Origin: the human T2T-CHM13v2.0 reference genome, Homo sapiens
Reading direction: 5' to 3' (one strand)
DNA length: 64,000 nucleotides
NCBI RefSeq assembly: GCF_009914755.1
Contig: NC_060926.1
The translations under genes and the position numbers were made by a program. The notes under the pieces are model-generated. The model was not told the DNA's origin and made no database searches. It was given only the letters and a program-made list of their open reading frames with translations. Of the stretch, positions 16,800 to 30,699 are shown piece after piece (within the stretch, counting starts at the first letter, position 1; every line of letters starts with the position of its first letter).

Positions 16800-18250
16800 A
16801 ATGCAAGAATAACAGTGTTGCTTAGCTAGATGTAAGGTTAATATGTATTTTTTTAGTTGAGGGTAATTTTAAGAAATATATGTCCTTGGTGGAGGAAGGC
16901 AGAGAAAAGCTATGTGGAAAAGGTTGAATATCAAGAGAGACAAAAGAATAATAATGGAATTTTTTCCCTAAAGAGGCACAATGTTATGAAAACAAGAAGA
17001 TAATATAAGGGTATAAATTAAGATAGATTGAAGAAACTGTCACACTAGAGAAATAAGAAATTGAGATAAAGATAGACACAACTGCAGTGAGGTTTATATA
17101 GAGGTAAATCATTTAGAACATTTTTTTCTAATTGCTTTATATTCCTTGTGGTTAAAAAAGAGAAGCAAAAACTTTTTTAGGGTGATTGAGAGTTGGTGAA
17201 GAGGTTATGTTCTGGTTGTTTTTATTGCTTTTTTTATAGATACCCAAGTAAATGTTGGAATAAAGCAAATTTTTTGTATTGGTCTAAGTGTGTGGTTTAG
17301 TGCAGGGAGATCCAGGAAATTGTAAATGGGCAAGGGTGTTTAAGTTGCTTGTAAGTAATAAATTTAAAATAATATACTAAAAATTCTATGCTTATTAAAC
17401 AAGCATATCAAGTAAGGAGGGCCACTATGCTGAAAGCAAAGGAAGGGAAGGAGTTAAGAACTATAGCAAAAGCAATAAATGGTTGGGGGGTAAAATAAAG
17501 GGAGTACGAATACTATAGTAGGGAGTAGAAGGATATAGTCAGAAATGGGATTTTGTGGGAAGCAAGGAGTAAGAGAGCTTTAATTAAAAGACTCCAGTCA
17601 GAAAATGTGATGTTTAAATTACATATTATAAAAGCACAGTGATTCCATATAATAACAAGATTTAGGGTATTTGATGTTTATAGAATGAAGATCACAAAAG
17701 TTGAGCATGTTAAAGAACTGAGAGAGTAGAATGTTGAATAGGTCAACTCTACGAGTATTGAAATAATTGCAGGATCAGAGTGGGACTAGACATTGAAAAA
17801 ACTGAGTTTATTGTCAACGTGTTTGATAAATACATAAAAATGACCACATAGGTTGATAGGTGTTAATGACGAGTAGTCACAGACATGAATATAGTTGGAT
17901 GGAAACATTAGCTTTCAGGATACACCAAACACACATACATACACATTTGTAGCATTTTGGAGCTAGAAAAGCTGCTAACTCATGTAATCATGTTATTATC
18001 CATTGGTACAGGGGAATGGACAATGTTCTGTTAAAATGACTGCATGAGAAGTTAATTTTCAGTTAAAGCAAAATGGTAAAGAGGCAATTCATAACACAGT
18101 TTAAAGGTATACAGAAATTTGTGCTGTGGAATAGAGATCTAGAGAGGAAAGGTAGCAGCAGACAGTTGGGACATGGGGAAAGAAAGGTCTGAAGAGTCTG
18201 GAGAGGAGTGTATGGTAGAAGACATAATGATAATGTCTTGAATTTGACTG
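16800..18250. mobile_element. Degraded L2 fragments
   Basis: Purine/G-rich L2-like composition and motifs, very diverged. Similar patches lie at about 15720-16150, 20050-21060 and 25240-25960. Confidence 0.45.
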
Positions 18251-18329
18251 ATAACAAAAATGACATATCTATGAAATGCAGTTTGGTTAATTCTTCCAAA
18301 CTCTGAATAAAACCCTAGTATGACATTTA

Positions 18330-19980
18330 TTCATTGTTGTCCTAAGTTAAGTTTCTTATAGTATTCAGGATTATGGTGACACTAACAGCCACAAAATATC
18401 TATCTATTGGTTAAATTAAATTTGTTCTTCTTGTAAAATAATAACAATCTAATCATCAAATGACTTTACATTAAGATAAAAAGGGGTAAGATGTTAATCA
18501 CTTTAGCTGTTTTGATAATTTCTCTATCATCATCTTCGTCTATCTAAGTGATTCTGTTTTAACAAGACCATCTTTATCATTTAAATCAGTTCCATAGCCT
18601 TTAATATAATGAGTAATATATGCAGGTTTAAATGTACTATCTTACTACTTTTTTGTTTTGTATTTGTCCTTAATGTTCTCTATTCACAATCCTCTTTTTT
18701 CTTGACTTGTCTTGGGTAAATTAATTATTCATTCATTGTTCCATTTTATTTATCAATTAATTATTTATACATTCTCATTTTTTAGTGTTTATCCTAGATA
18801 TTAAAAATGCATACTTTATTCACATCTAATATAAATTGGTCATTTAATCATTTTTCAAAAATAAAAGTTCAGAGATAATTTTAAGTTGTTTATTCTCCCG
18901 CTCTAGTTTTCATTATTGGCATGTATTTTAATTCTTTATATGTTTAGGACCCCACGATAATAATTATTATGGTTTAATACTGTCTATCAACATGCCTACC
19001 TTTTCTCTACTCGTTTCTACCCTGCATTTCTAAGTTTGTTATCTGAATTCATCTTCCTTCTGCTTAAAGTACATTTTAGGTTTGTGAGGTTTATGTGTGT
19101 ATGTGACTCATTACTCAAATTTCATAGTTATTGCTCAACTGAAAATATTTTCTGTGTAACCTTTATTTTTAAATGCTGTGTTGCCTTTTTTACTTCAGAA
19201 TAAAGATTTCTTTTGGGTTCTATAATTGTGTTGAAAATTCAGTAGCAAAGTTTTTTCTTGTTTTTTGAGAGATTATACTTTTCCTTCCTTTGGTTGCTTT
19301 AATATTTCATGATGTTATTTATATTTATCTTTTGTATAGATAATAAATATATATGCATATAATCTTTTAGTATGTTGCTTATTGTTAACTCTGTGGCTTT
19401 ATGTATTTCCTTGGTTTTGGAAAGCTCTGTTTCACTTTTTGTTCTTTTTTTAATCTCATTTTTACTATCATATTTTTCTTGGGTTCCAATTATATGTATA
19501 TTATAATTTTCACTTTCTTCCTGAATATCTAAAGTATTTCTTAAATTGGCAACGATGAATCAGGATATATTCTTCTATGTCATTCAATCCACTAATTTTT
19601 TTCCATTGTTTTTAACTTGCTGTAAAGCCCATGTATTGAGTTAATTACAGTCATTCTTTAGTATTAGAATTGATCTTCCTTCTGCCTGAATTCACCATGG
19701 ATCTTCCTTCTTGGAAGATCCTGAAACCCTTTTTTGTTCTCCAAGTTCCATTAGAATACTGAGAGCTCAACTCCATTTCTGTAATTATCAATCTGAGCTA
19801 TTCTCCCCTCAGCTTCTTTATATTTCAACTACCGCTTTCTAATGAGTCAGAAGAAAATCAGCAACAATCAGCCTCACTCCTCAGAATTCTCTACTTTTTC
19901 CTGTCTTGACACTGAAAATCTTACCTTCTTAGATGTCTTTGTAATGGCTTCAAATACTAGATCTTCTAGCTGTTCTCAGC
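18330..19980 (-). mobile_element. Ancient L1M, 5'/ORF1-side fragments
   Basis: T-rich antisense L1 composition and motifs (tctgaattcatcttccttctgc, gttccaattata). Confidence 0.55.
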
Positions 19981-21082
19981 ATGAAGGTTAGTTATTATAA
20001 GTGACTTCTTATTGGCAGAATCAGAATTTCCTTTCTCTGCATTATTCTTCTTAATCACTGGTACTTCACTGAACCTATTTTCCTAAACCAGAAAAAAAAA
20101 GTAGGAATCATGTTTTGGTTTATTTTGCCTTCCCCTTTATTCCTCAAATAAATCAATAAACTCTATAAGTTTATTTCCTTGATATTCTTTAATTCCATCC
20201 TCCACTCCCTCAACAACCTCATGGCCACTGGCTAAAACTCTTAATTTCTCTGTTGGATTAAGGAAACAACCTTCTAAATGTGTTGCTGCTTTGATTTTTG
20301 TTGCTTCCTTTATTTTATTGCCACCCTGCCATTCTAAATGTTTGTCTTTTAATTCATTTCTTATGGTATGAATTATCTGCTTATTTTTGTTAAAACTGTC
20401 CTCATACAATTCAAAACAAGTCTTTTAGCATTGCATATAATATTATTTGTGAACCAATATGTGTTTCATTCAGCCATGTTAGCTTCTGTGTTCTTTACCT
20501 TACTCTGTATGTTTCTGCCACACTCAACTATTCTAATTTTTTGAAAATGCCATATCTTTGTCTTTGTGCATACCCCTCCCACTGTTGTTGAAGAAGAAAT
20601 TCTGCGCTTCTCAAAAACAATTTTTTCTGACTTATCACCACTTTCATTGTGCCTCCCAAATATGTCTGGGCGTCCTATCCTGGCTCTTTCTCAAACTAGT
20701 TTAAAATATGGAAGAATAGAATGTATAAGAACATATTTATATCAAGTTTAAAGTGTCATGGGAATTCTTTGGAAGATTTTATGCAATACATTAATGTAAT
20801 TTCCAAAACTAGCCTTGTTTTTAGCACATAGTACATATCAGTAGATTTGGATTGAATTAATTATTTGACCAATATATTATTGAGTTGAATACATGTTATA
20901 TACAAATATTCTACTGGACACTGAAAAGGATAAAAATGAATAAAGTAGTGACTTTATCCTTAAGGTATTCATATTCTACTAATGAATACATAATTTAAAC
21001 AGAAACATATTTTAGATAAGCTTAAGTGTGAAATTAAATATATTTAAAATGTCATAGTTTTCAAAGAAGGAGAGGAATTTTT

Positions 21083-21735
21083 AATTTTACTTATTTTTTA
21101 TTTGTTATTATACTTTAAGTTGTAGGGTACATGTGTACAACGTGCAGGTTTGTTACATATTTTTACATGTGCCATGTTGGTTTGCTGTACCTATTAATTT
21201 GTCATTTACATTAGGTATTTCTCCTAATGCTATTCCTCCCCCATCCCCCAACCCCACCACTGGCCACCACATGTGTGATGCTCCCCCCCCTGTGTCCAAG
21301 TGTTCTCATTGTTCAATTCCCACCTATAAGTGAGAACATGCAGTGTTTGGTTTTCTGTCCTTGCGATAGTTTGCTGAGAATGATGGTTTCCAGCTTCATC
21401 CATGTCCCTACAAAGGACATGAACTCATCCTTTTTTATAGCTGCATAGTATTCCATGGTGTATATGTGCCACATTTTCTTAATCCAGTCTATCATTGCTG
21501 GACATTTGGGTTGGTTCCAAGTCTTTGCTATTCTGAATAGTTGCCACGATAAACATACATGTGCATATGTCTTTATAGTAGCATGATTTATAATCCTTTG
21601 GGTATATACCCAGTAACGGGATGGCTGGGTCAAATGGTATTTCTAGTTCTAGATCGTTGAGGAATTGCCATACTGTCTTCCACAATGGTTGAACTAGTTT
21701 ACATTCCCACCAACAGTGTAAAAGTGTTCCTATTT
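21083..21735 (-). mobile_element. 5'-truncated L1PA5/6-like element with TSD
   Basis: 3'UTR and ORF2 end. TSD gaaggagaggaattttt (21066-21082) and gaagggaaggaattttt (21736-21752). Confidence 0.92.
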
Positions 21736-21784
21736 GAAGGGAAGGAATTTTTAAAAACTGTAAAACAAATGTCTTTTTAAACCC

Positions 21785-22360
21785 TTTTATTTTAAAAAAA
21801 AAAAGTAAATATACAAATATTTTTAAAAATCAGTCTAATGATTTCTTATTCACCTAGTTTCTCCAATTGTTGACATTGGCCGTATTCTTCTTTTTCTTAA
21901 TATTGTTCTTATTATTTTGCTGAACTCTTCAGAGTAAGTTGCAGACATCATCAGCCTTCAATCTAAGCACTTGAGCATAAATCTATTAAGAACAAGTTTT
22001 TCTCACATGAACACAGCACAGCTATTAGATTCAGAAAAGTTAGCACCAATATACTGCCATAACCTAATATATAGTTTGTTTTCAACCTTCACAAATAATT
22101 CCAGTTCCATCCTTAATAAGATCTTTCTTTTTCTGTTCAGAATTTAATCCAGAACTATCTATTACATATAATTTTCATGACTTTGTAGGCTTATTTAATT
22201 TAGAACATTTTTCACTCTTTTTGTTGTCTTTAATAGCATCAATTTTAAAAAATATAGGCTTTGTGAGTGTATGTATGTGAGTGTACATCTGTGTATTTGT
22301 CTATGATTATTTCATCATGCTTGTATACAAGTTATACATTTTTTGGCAACAACATCACAT
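21785..22360 (-). mobile_element. L1MC/ME 3'UTR fragment
   Basis: tttgctgaac...gagtaagttgcagacatcat motif. Confidence 0.65.
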
Positions 22361-24529
22361 TCTGGCAGACAAAATTTTATATAAGTTTTGGAAGATGGAA
22401 AATACTTATATTGAGAAATGAAGTGTGGCACAGAAGATACCTAGAATGATAAACTGAAGTAAAGAATTCAAGGCTCTTACCACTAACTATAGGTGCTATG
22501 GATAGCTTATTTATGATCTGATATTTTTTATGAATGTGAAATAATTAAGACTAGGTGTAGCTACACCAAAAGTTTGAATCATACTTTCAGAATATAGATT
22601 TACTTATGATATGGCTAGAATTGGTTCTCCAAAGAAGCTTTCAACACTAGTTCTTGGTTAATTATGGATATAGGGAACATCTGCTTTTCCAGAACTTCAG
22701 TTTTAATTTTAAAGTATTTTGCTCTTTTATTGAAAAAAAAAATTGAGAACATTTTCTTTGGGATAAGGCTACATCCAGTATTACAGCCAGCCCCCAAAAG
22801 CTAATCATCACCTGCAAATGTAGAGCATTTTAAATGTGATAGTTATGATATCCTTCTTTACTGGATTTTGTAGAATCACAGAAGCATCAAATAGTCAGAT
22901 TCTTGTAGACCATCTCTTTATTGGTAAATACAGTAAACCCAGCTAAAGGATGATTTGCCCAAATTTACAGAGCTAAAAATTAGTAGAGTTTAATTTCTCA
23001 CCTAGGATTCCCAGTGTATTGTCCAGCTGACAGATTCCTAAAGGACTCTGAGAATATGCTTGAGGAAATCACAACATTTTTATTTCATGGGTACCCTCTT
23101 GACCTGACTTTCACCTTGGTAGAGTAGGCCTTTCACAGTTAGGCTGCATTCTTTCAGCGGTAGCTTGGCAGTGAAATGGGACACGTCAGGAGAGGTTTGC
23201 AACTGCTTTACCAGACACATTTTAGCCTCATTTATCTTGACTTCCAAGCATTTACTTACTAAAGTGCTCCATACCATGAAGTTTCTTTTCAGATCAGTGC
23301 CAAGTTTCAAATGACATAGACCACAGAGAAATCATTTTTCATGAGATTCTTCATATATATATACTCAACAATACTTTTATCAGCCATGTTTCTAATCCAT
23401 TAGCAATATTGACTTTGCCATGAAATGAGAGTAATTCAATTTCAGATTATAATATAAAGCTGAAATTATTATAGCTTTGCCTTCTGGTTTTACGGTAGTT
23501 AAGACTATGTCAGAGATTTCATGCTGAAGCTTTATACTTCAAAGTTTTATAATCAGACATAAAAAGAAAAAAAATAAAATGGGTTTGAGGCTACATTGGT
23601 GCCAGTGAGAAATCCATGTTAGGCTTTTTATTCAAAGAGATCCACATCAATAGGCAAGTCCCTCTACTTAATAACTTTCATTATTATATTGGCTTTGGGT
23701 ACGATTGATAGATTTTTCTAATGCCAGAGGGGTTTGTTTGGTCGTAGTATGAGGTGTAAAACACTGTGTGGTGCTGTAAGCAGAAGGCAGGAGAAAGTAC
23801 AAATCACCCAGTCCCTTATTAGCTGTCTGTCTGTGAACAAGGTACTTAATATCATTGGACATCACATTATATAAAATTTAAAAATGGGAGAAAACTTATC
23901 CTATCTGTCTGGAAGCATGGGACTGGACCTTTTGGAATCCTTTCCAATACTCATATCTGAGTTTAAATAAAATAAGCAGACAGCTATTCCACCAAAATAG
24001 GAGAGGGATTGCTGTATCCATGTTATATCTGAGACAAATCAGAAAAAAATACTATTTCCCCACATGTCCAACATAAGGCAGGTACCTGGCTTAAAACATG
24101 TTTATTTAAATTCTCCAATAAATTACAGATGAATTTTGTTAGCTGTTAATAAAATGGCATGGACATTCAGAAGGCAGAAGTGTGTTAAATAGACTTGAGG
24201 GGCCATGTATAGGAAATTGCCGTAAAGGAAATTACTTATCATTGATGAAAAGCTCACTGAGGTCAGGGAAAATAGTAAACCGAGAAGAGAGTGGGAGGCA
24301 GTAAATTGAGTAAATTCGGACTTCCTGCATAATTCTGCCCAAGTTTACTAGTCTTTATTCATTTTTATTTAGTTCAACTTCACACATAATTAAGCCCCTT
24401 TATAGGGAAGGCAATGTTTTGACATCATGCTGAGTTTAAATGTGTAAGAAGGTCTTCATGTGTCCTGGAAATTTACAACTTAATATGGAGAAAGCTATGT
24501 AAAATCTTAATACAAGTAATAGTGTGCAT

Positions 24530-24750
24530 GTCTTCGGTATTTATTATATGGCTGGCATGAATTTACATAACTCATATGCATCATGTAAATAATCATGACA
24601 ATCCTGTGAGGGAATTATTTTCATTTCACAGATAATGATGTGGAGGCTAATAAAGGAGAAATAACCTCACCAAGGTCATTTGTGAATGGCAAATTCAGTA
24701 CTACGATCCAGTTTTAGCAAAGCCTGTACTCTTAAACTTGATTTTATATA
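24530..24750 (-). mobile_element. MIR
   Basis: acaatcctgtgagg...tttcacagataatgatgtggaggct...ccaaggtca. Confidence 0.65.
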
Positions 24751-27700
24751 ATCTCTCATAATGAAAAGAAAACTGAAAATCATTTAAGCAACACCTTTCC
24801 TATAAGAACAGAATGACAAATTAATCCATCAGTGGAGCTGGGGAAAGCATTACAGAAGAGGAACCTCTAACACAGCATTTCATAAGTGAGAACAATTGGT
24901 ACAATTCAATCTAAGCCCTGAAGTTGCTATTTCCAGACATCTCCTGTCAACTCCTGTCTCTCTATCTCCAGAAACTCCACATTTGTCCTGGTGACTCTCA
25001 TATCTCCTATGAATCAGTGAGATAGGCTCATAGAAGCCTTGTTCCTGCTCCAATCCACCTGCAGGCAATCCAAGTTTGGAGATTGATATACACACTGAGT
25101 TGTTCAGTAACAAAATCTAGTAGGAAGTCTCCACAACACCATGGGTGGCTCATTCCTAGACTCTATTAATTGTGAATGCTAGATAAAAGGTGCACTTGGC
25201 TCAGAAGAGGAGAATCTCAGGGAAGTTATCAGTTAAATTTTCAGTGACATCAGCAGCCACTCTCATTCTGTCAGCATCAGCCAGTGTGACTTTCCTTAAA
25301 TTCCTCAAACAGGTCACACTTCTTCTTGTCTTAGTACTATGAAATAGGCTTTTCTATTTACATCTTCCTTATATATCTAGCCACCATGTACAGCTAGTTC
25401 CTACTCTTCTTCAGGTTTCTACTTAATATTATTTCCTTTGATAAGTCTTTCCTGATCTGACAGACTTAGCAAGGTTTTTCTATTAGATACTCCTAGAGCA
25501 TTTTGTACTTCTACTTGGCAACAACCATCATATAATCACAATAATAATTTGTTCTTTTTTCATCACAAAATATTTTTTATTGAGAGGAAAGGTGGACATT
25601 GGCGAAGTTTAAAAAGAGTAGCTATGTAATATTGCATTTAAATGAATCTCTTTTGCAACCATTAAGTAGACAGTAGAAAGTCAAGGAGGAGAGAGGTGTG
25701 TTATGAGGCTCTTGTAGCAGTACAGATGAGAGGAGGATGATGGCCACAGTGGCTGCATTGGAGATGGAAATAAACAGATTGTGTAGCTGTATTGAGGGCA
25801 CAGAAAGCTAGATTTATTTTTGTCATATCACATATAGAATGCAAATAAAGGGAAATATGTAAGAACAACTCCAGATTTTTTTAACTTGAGCAACTAGATG
25901 GAGTTCTACCAACGAAATTGGGAAAGATTGTGGATGTAAGATAAGAAGTTTCTAGAAAAGGATGTTAAGTGGCATCTACAGTGGGAAACAGCAATGTATC
26001 TTTTAAAAATATGCAAATGTTGTATATATGCCTAAAATGTAGATGCCATTATGCTTTTCAGGAAATGTCACTAAACCTATCTTCTAACAACAGCAGCACA
26101 GCTAGCTTGTGGTTCAACCATTTTATACTTATTTATCATGTAAAAAGTCACCATAAATATTGTAGAAACTTAAAATATTTGATCAATAAGTAAAAAAAGC
26201 AGTTAAAGAAGGAGGTAGTATGTTCTATTATGTATCTGTGTCAAAAATATTGCAAAGAGTAATCCAGGAATAATCATGGGAATGTATTTTTAATGATAGA
26301 ATTTATTATATCAGAATAGAAACACTACAGGCACACTCTTTCATCTATAATTATGATAATCAGGAAACCTCTGAAGTAAGAGTAGTGAAATAACATCTTT
26401 ATGACCTGCCAGGCACACTGCACATGGTTTTTTGTTTTGTTTTATTTTTGTTACTTTGCTGTGGATTTGTTTTTAGATCATCTCTTTATCTTTTCAGCCT
26501 CTCAGATAGTACATACTTTTATTTTTTTTCAATTTCCTCATTGGGGAACTGTGAAACAGGGAAATTAAGTCAATATCCATTTCACAAAACTACAAAGTGA
26601 TAAAGCTGTAATTTATATATAAATTTGAATCTGAGATCTTGAACACTAGGAAATAGTACTCTTGCTTAGAGACTGGCAAAGCATAATGGAAACTTTGCAA
26701 CTCCAGTTTTTGGTAAGTTCAGTTATAATCATAGCTCATTCACTTGTGTTTAGAAACAACTCTCTTTAGCTTAAATATCTCCAATCTCTCTCAGAACACC
26801 TAAATTATGGTCAGTAACAATCCCGTTTTCTGAATAAAGCTTTCCTATTCCAACTTTCAGTATTTTTCCTCTCTGGCCCCCTATAACACTTACCTTGAAA
26901 AATAAACCATTTAGCTCTAAATTATTGGATGTTCTATAAGGCATATAACTAGTTTTAGATTAATTCTTTCACACACTGGCACTAACTTGGAGCTTAATTG
27001 ATTATTTTTGACTAATTCTAGAGTTAGCTAAAATTAAGGAAAATAATCATTTAAAATGTCAAATAACTACAGAATTTTCTCAGTGCAAGGTCTATCTCTG
27101 CCTACCACTTAGTCCGAATGTAAATCATGTCATAATTTTAATAAAAAAGAATTATAAGGGTGGAAGACCTGGGCTTACTATTCCATAATAGGAAGCAATC
27201 ACATGCAACTTCTATGAGATTACTTTATGAATCCTTTTAAAATGTGAGTTTACAATTATCCCTAACCCAGAAAATTATAGGATACCAGAAATCTCAATAT
27301 ATTTTAATGTTCTATGGAATTTAGTTTTTCAGATGAAATTGCTCACTGCAATTTTAATCTTTCCAAATTAAGCAGCTGGAATGAGTAATCTTTGTCAGGA
27401 AGAAAATCTGGGATGATTATTTAGGAATGAAACTGAGTATTAAGACTAAATGTATTATTCTACTGCCAGACTCATGTATGAGAACTTGGACCTAACTATA
27501 AAAATAGGAAAATAAAACTTCAAAAAAATACTCTAGGTTCTTAGTCATTATCTTCTACTTACATAGTCTCCTATGGATAAATTATGTGCTCTGTATATGG
27601 AGAAGGGCTGAAATTTCACACAAAAGTGAATTTTCTATTTCATCAAAGTATTTCTCAGGCATCAAAAAATCCTAACATTTTAATAATTGTTTTATGGAAG

Positions 27701-30395
27701 GCATCATATATTTATCTGTGTATAAGATGAAATGAGCATAATTAAATATACCCTTTTAAGTTTCAGATCAAGGAAAATGACACAAGTTTATGTACAGATT
27801 GCAGTTGGTCAATGTGACTTGACAATTACTCAAACATAAAATTCATGGTGAGTAATTCCTGGGAGCTTCTTTGAACAGGGCACTCTTTTCTTTGATTTGA
27901 TGTTCAAAATAGAAAAAAAAAATGCAAGTTTTAATAGGGGCTCATTATCTAAAAATCAACTTTGGAACATTTCACTTATCCAGTTTCCTAACTCACAGTG
28001 AAATTCTGAGATATGAACGTGGAAGAGAAATATTTGATGTTCTGGTGAGAAAAGAAGTTGGAAAGAATTTGTCTTCCTGAGGTTGGATGTGCATGGACTG
28101 GATTTGAAAGATGAGACTACAGAGCCAAAGGGCTCCTGGAGGTTGCTGTGAGCATAAGGGGTTGGATTCTTGATAGAAGAGATGTAGAAAGGCAAGATAC
28201 GCAATCTTTCTTTACAGTTACCCGGAGGGTTGGTCCTGTGCTTTGACCCTTGCACCTTCAAGTTCAGCCTCTCACTTTGTTTGCTGTTATGTCAGAGCTC
28301 TAGAAATCAATATTTAAGCTGTGGTCTTGCCTAAGCCACAAAGCAGCAACTCTGATTCACAGCTGCAACTTACAGATGCCTGTACCATATGCTACCATTC
28401 AGAATATCTTTCAGATATAAGCAAGGATGCCATTTCTCAAGGAAGAGAGGGGCTAAATTATTAGATAAATTGATCGGAATTAATATTAGCCTGATTAAGT
28501 CAGAACTTAATCTACTTTTGACATTCTCATTTTTGGTTCTTTCAAAATCCAATTAACTTACCCAGATGATTAGCATTTGCTAGTTTCTGATTTTAGAGCC
28601 TGCAAATTTCTCTCACCATTGCCTTCTCTTTCATTTTCATGACTATAATCCAAATATTACAAAGAGATTTGACAAAGCATTAGAACATTAACCAGTTTAG
28701 AGTCTAAAAATTGCATGTGCAACTATCATTAATTATATTTTCAGAAGCTAAAACAGCCTCCTTAAAACAGGCAAGCAGAAAAACCATATACGCAAAAGGA
28801 GGTGCCAAACCTGACAACATAAGGTATGTAGAAACAGCATGTTTACTTCATCTGTATACTTCCTTCTTTATTGGCTGATGATGAGCAAATAAACAACCAA
28901 CAATGCCATATAATTATGCTTCTTTCTGGAGAGAACCAAGGAAGTTGGCTTTTCTATGTATTAGGAAACTGACTTTATTTTTATAAAATTTTATAAAGCC
29001 TTGAAAGACTTCATGATCTTTTTATCTCACACTTCCAAACCAGTGCCAGACCCATGGCACACTAATAAATGACAATGTTCGTTAGTTGTTAGTTTCTATA
29101 AGGCTACTATGGGAGCACGAGATTCTTAAAATTTCACAGAGAAGTGTTTGCTGTTCAAAGTTAAATCCATAGCCTTAAATTTATTTTTCTACTATGATGT
29201 CCTATTGGAGACTCTGAACAAACTTCCAAGCTGAAACAACTAGACAAGTGAGAAAGTCCAAAATTTAGTGAATTTAATAACTCTCAAAGGTAAGTAAAAG
29301 ACAAAGTCAGCCCTCAGACTACGAGTTTCTTTAGAAACCTTGAATTCATGCTTTTTCAAATGGATGAGGCATGGAAACTGGGGGATAAATCCCCAGATTT
29401 GCTATGGTGAAAATGCTAAGGAACACTCTAGAAAAACAAACAAACAACAACAACAACAGCAACAAAAAACCAACCAAGAAACTAAAGATTGCATCCCTTT
29501 TCTAAGCAAGCATATTTCTCTTGATCCTTGCACTCAGCAGAAGGGGAAAATAATCTCTGGTGAGAATCCCTACACATAAACCTATCCTGATGTGGCTTTC
29601 AATCCAAATTCCTGCTACTTTGTCGCCTAAGAAACCTTGGTTATTTCAGGATTTTGCCCTGACACAAAGTACAATTCATGTAGAAAAACAGTATAAACTA
29701 TACATAGTGTCACACAACTATAAGAGATGTCTTTACCCTGTTATGCAATTTGTCCATTCTATTCTTTATCAGCTCACATGGCTCCTGGACATAGGATGAC
29801 TGGCCATTTGGAATGTCACAAAGGACTCCAGCTGAGTGAAAGGCATTGTCTCTTCTGGGCATTTGTATTTAGAATACAAACATTGTATTTGGTCTCTATA
29901 GATGTTGAAACTGGAAGATCATACAAAACCAAAAACAAAGATATTGGATAGCAATTCAACTGTAATGTACAGAAATGCATTAAGAAAAAATGCATATGTA
30001 AGGAAAAATAAAGCCAAGAAAAATCAGAATTAAATTTTTACTTTTTACACTTAGTTCCTCTTGAGAACCCTATCTTCTTCAAGCAAACTCCCCATTTACT
30101 AGTTAAAGCAAATTTCTAAACCTTGAAACTAAATTACCCCAACTGTAATAGGACCTTAATATCAATAAGCTCAGGTTTCTTACTTAACAAACAAATGGAG
30201 AAATTGTAACCCAAGCAGGGGCAAAGGAATCCTCTAGAGTAACAGAATGACTCAGCCATAACTGGGTTTCAGATCACCAACTCCGAAAATATTCTGTCTC
30301 CATTATCTGATATTGTCTCTTCATTCTAATTATTTAAGAAATTGAGAAAAGTTTATAAATTCATTCTTACTCTACCATTGATAAAAAGGTATTGA

Positions 30396-30699
<304 letters not shown>

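Noticed and set aside
29340-29579. ORF with a polyQ run
   Set aside because: It comes from a short (CAA)n microsatellite with no other coding evidence.
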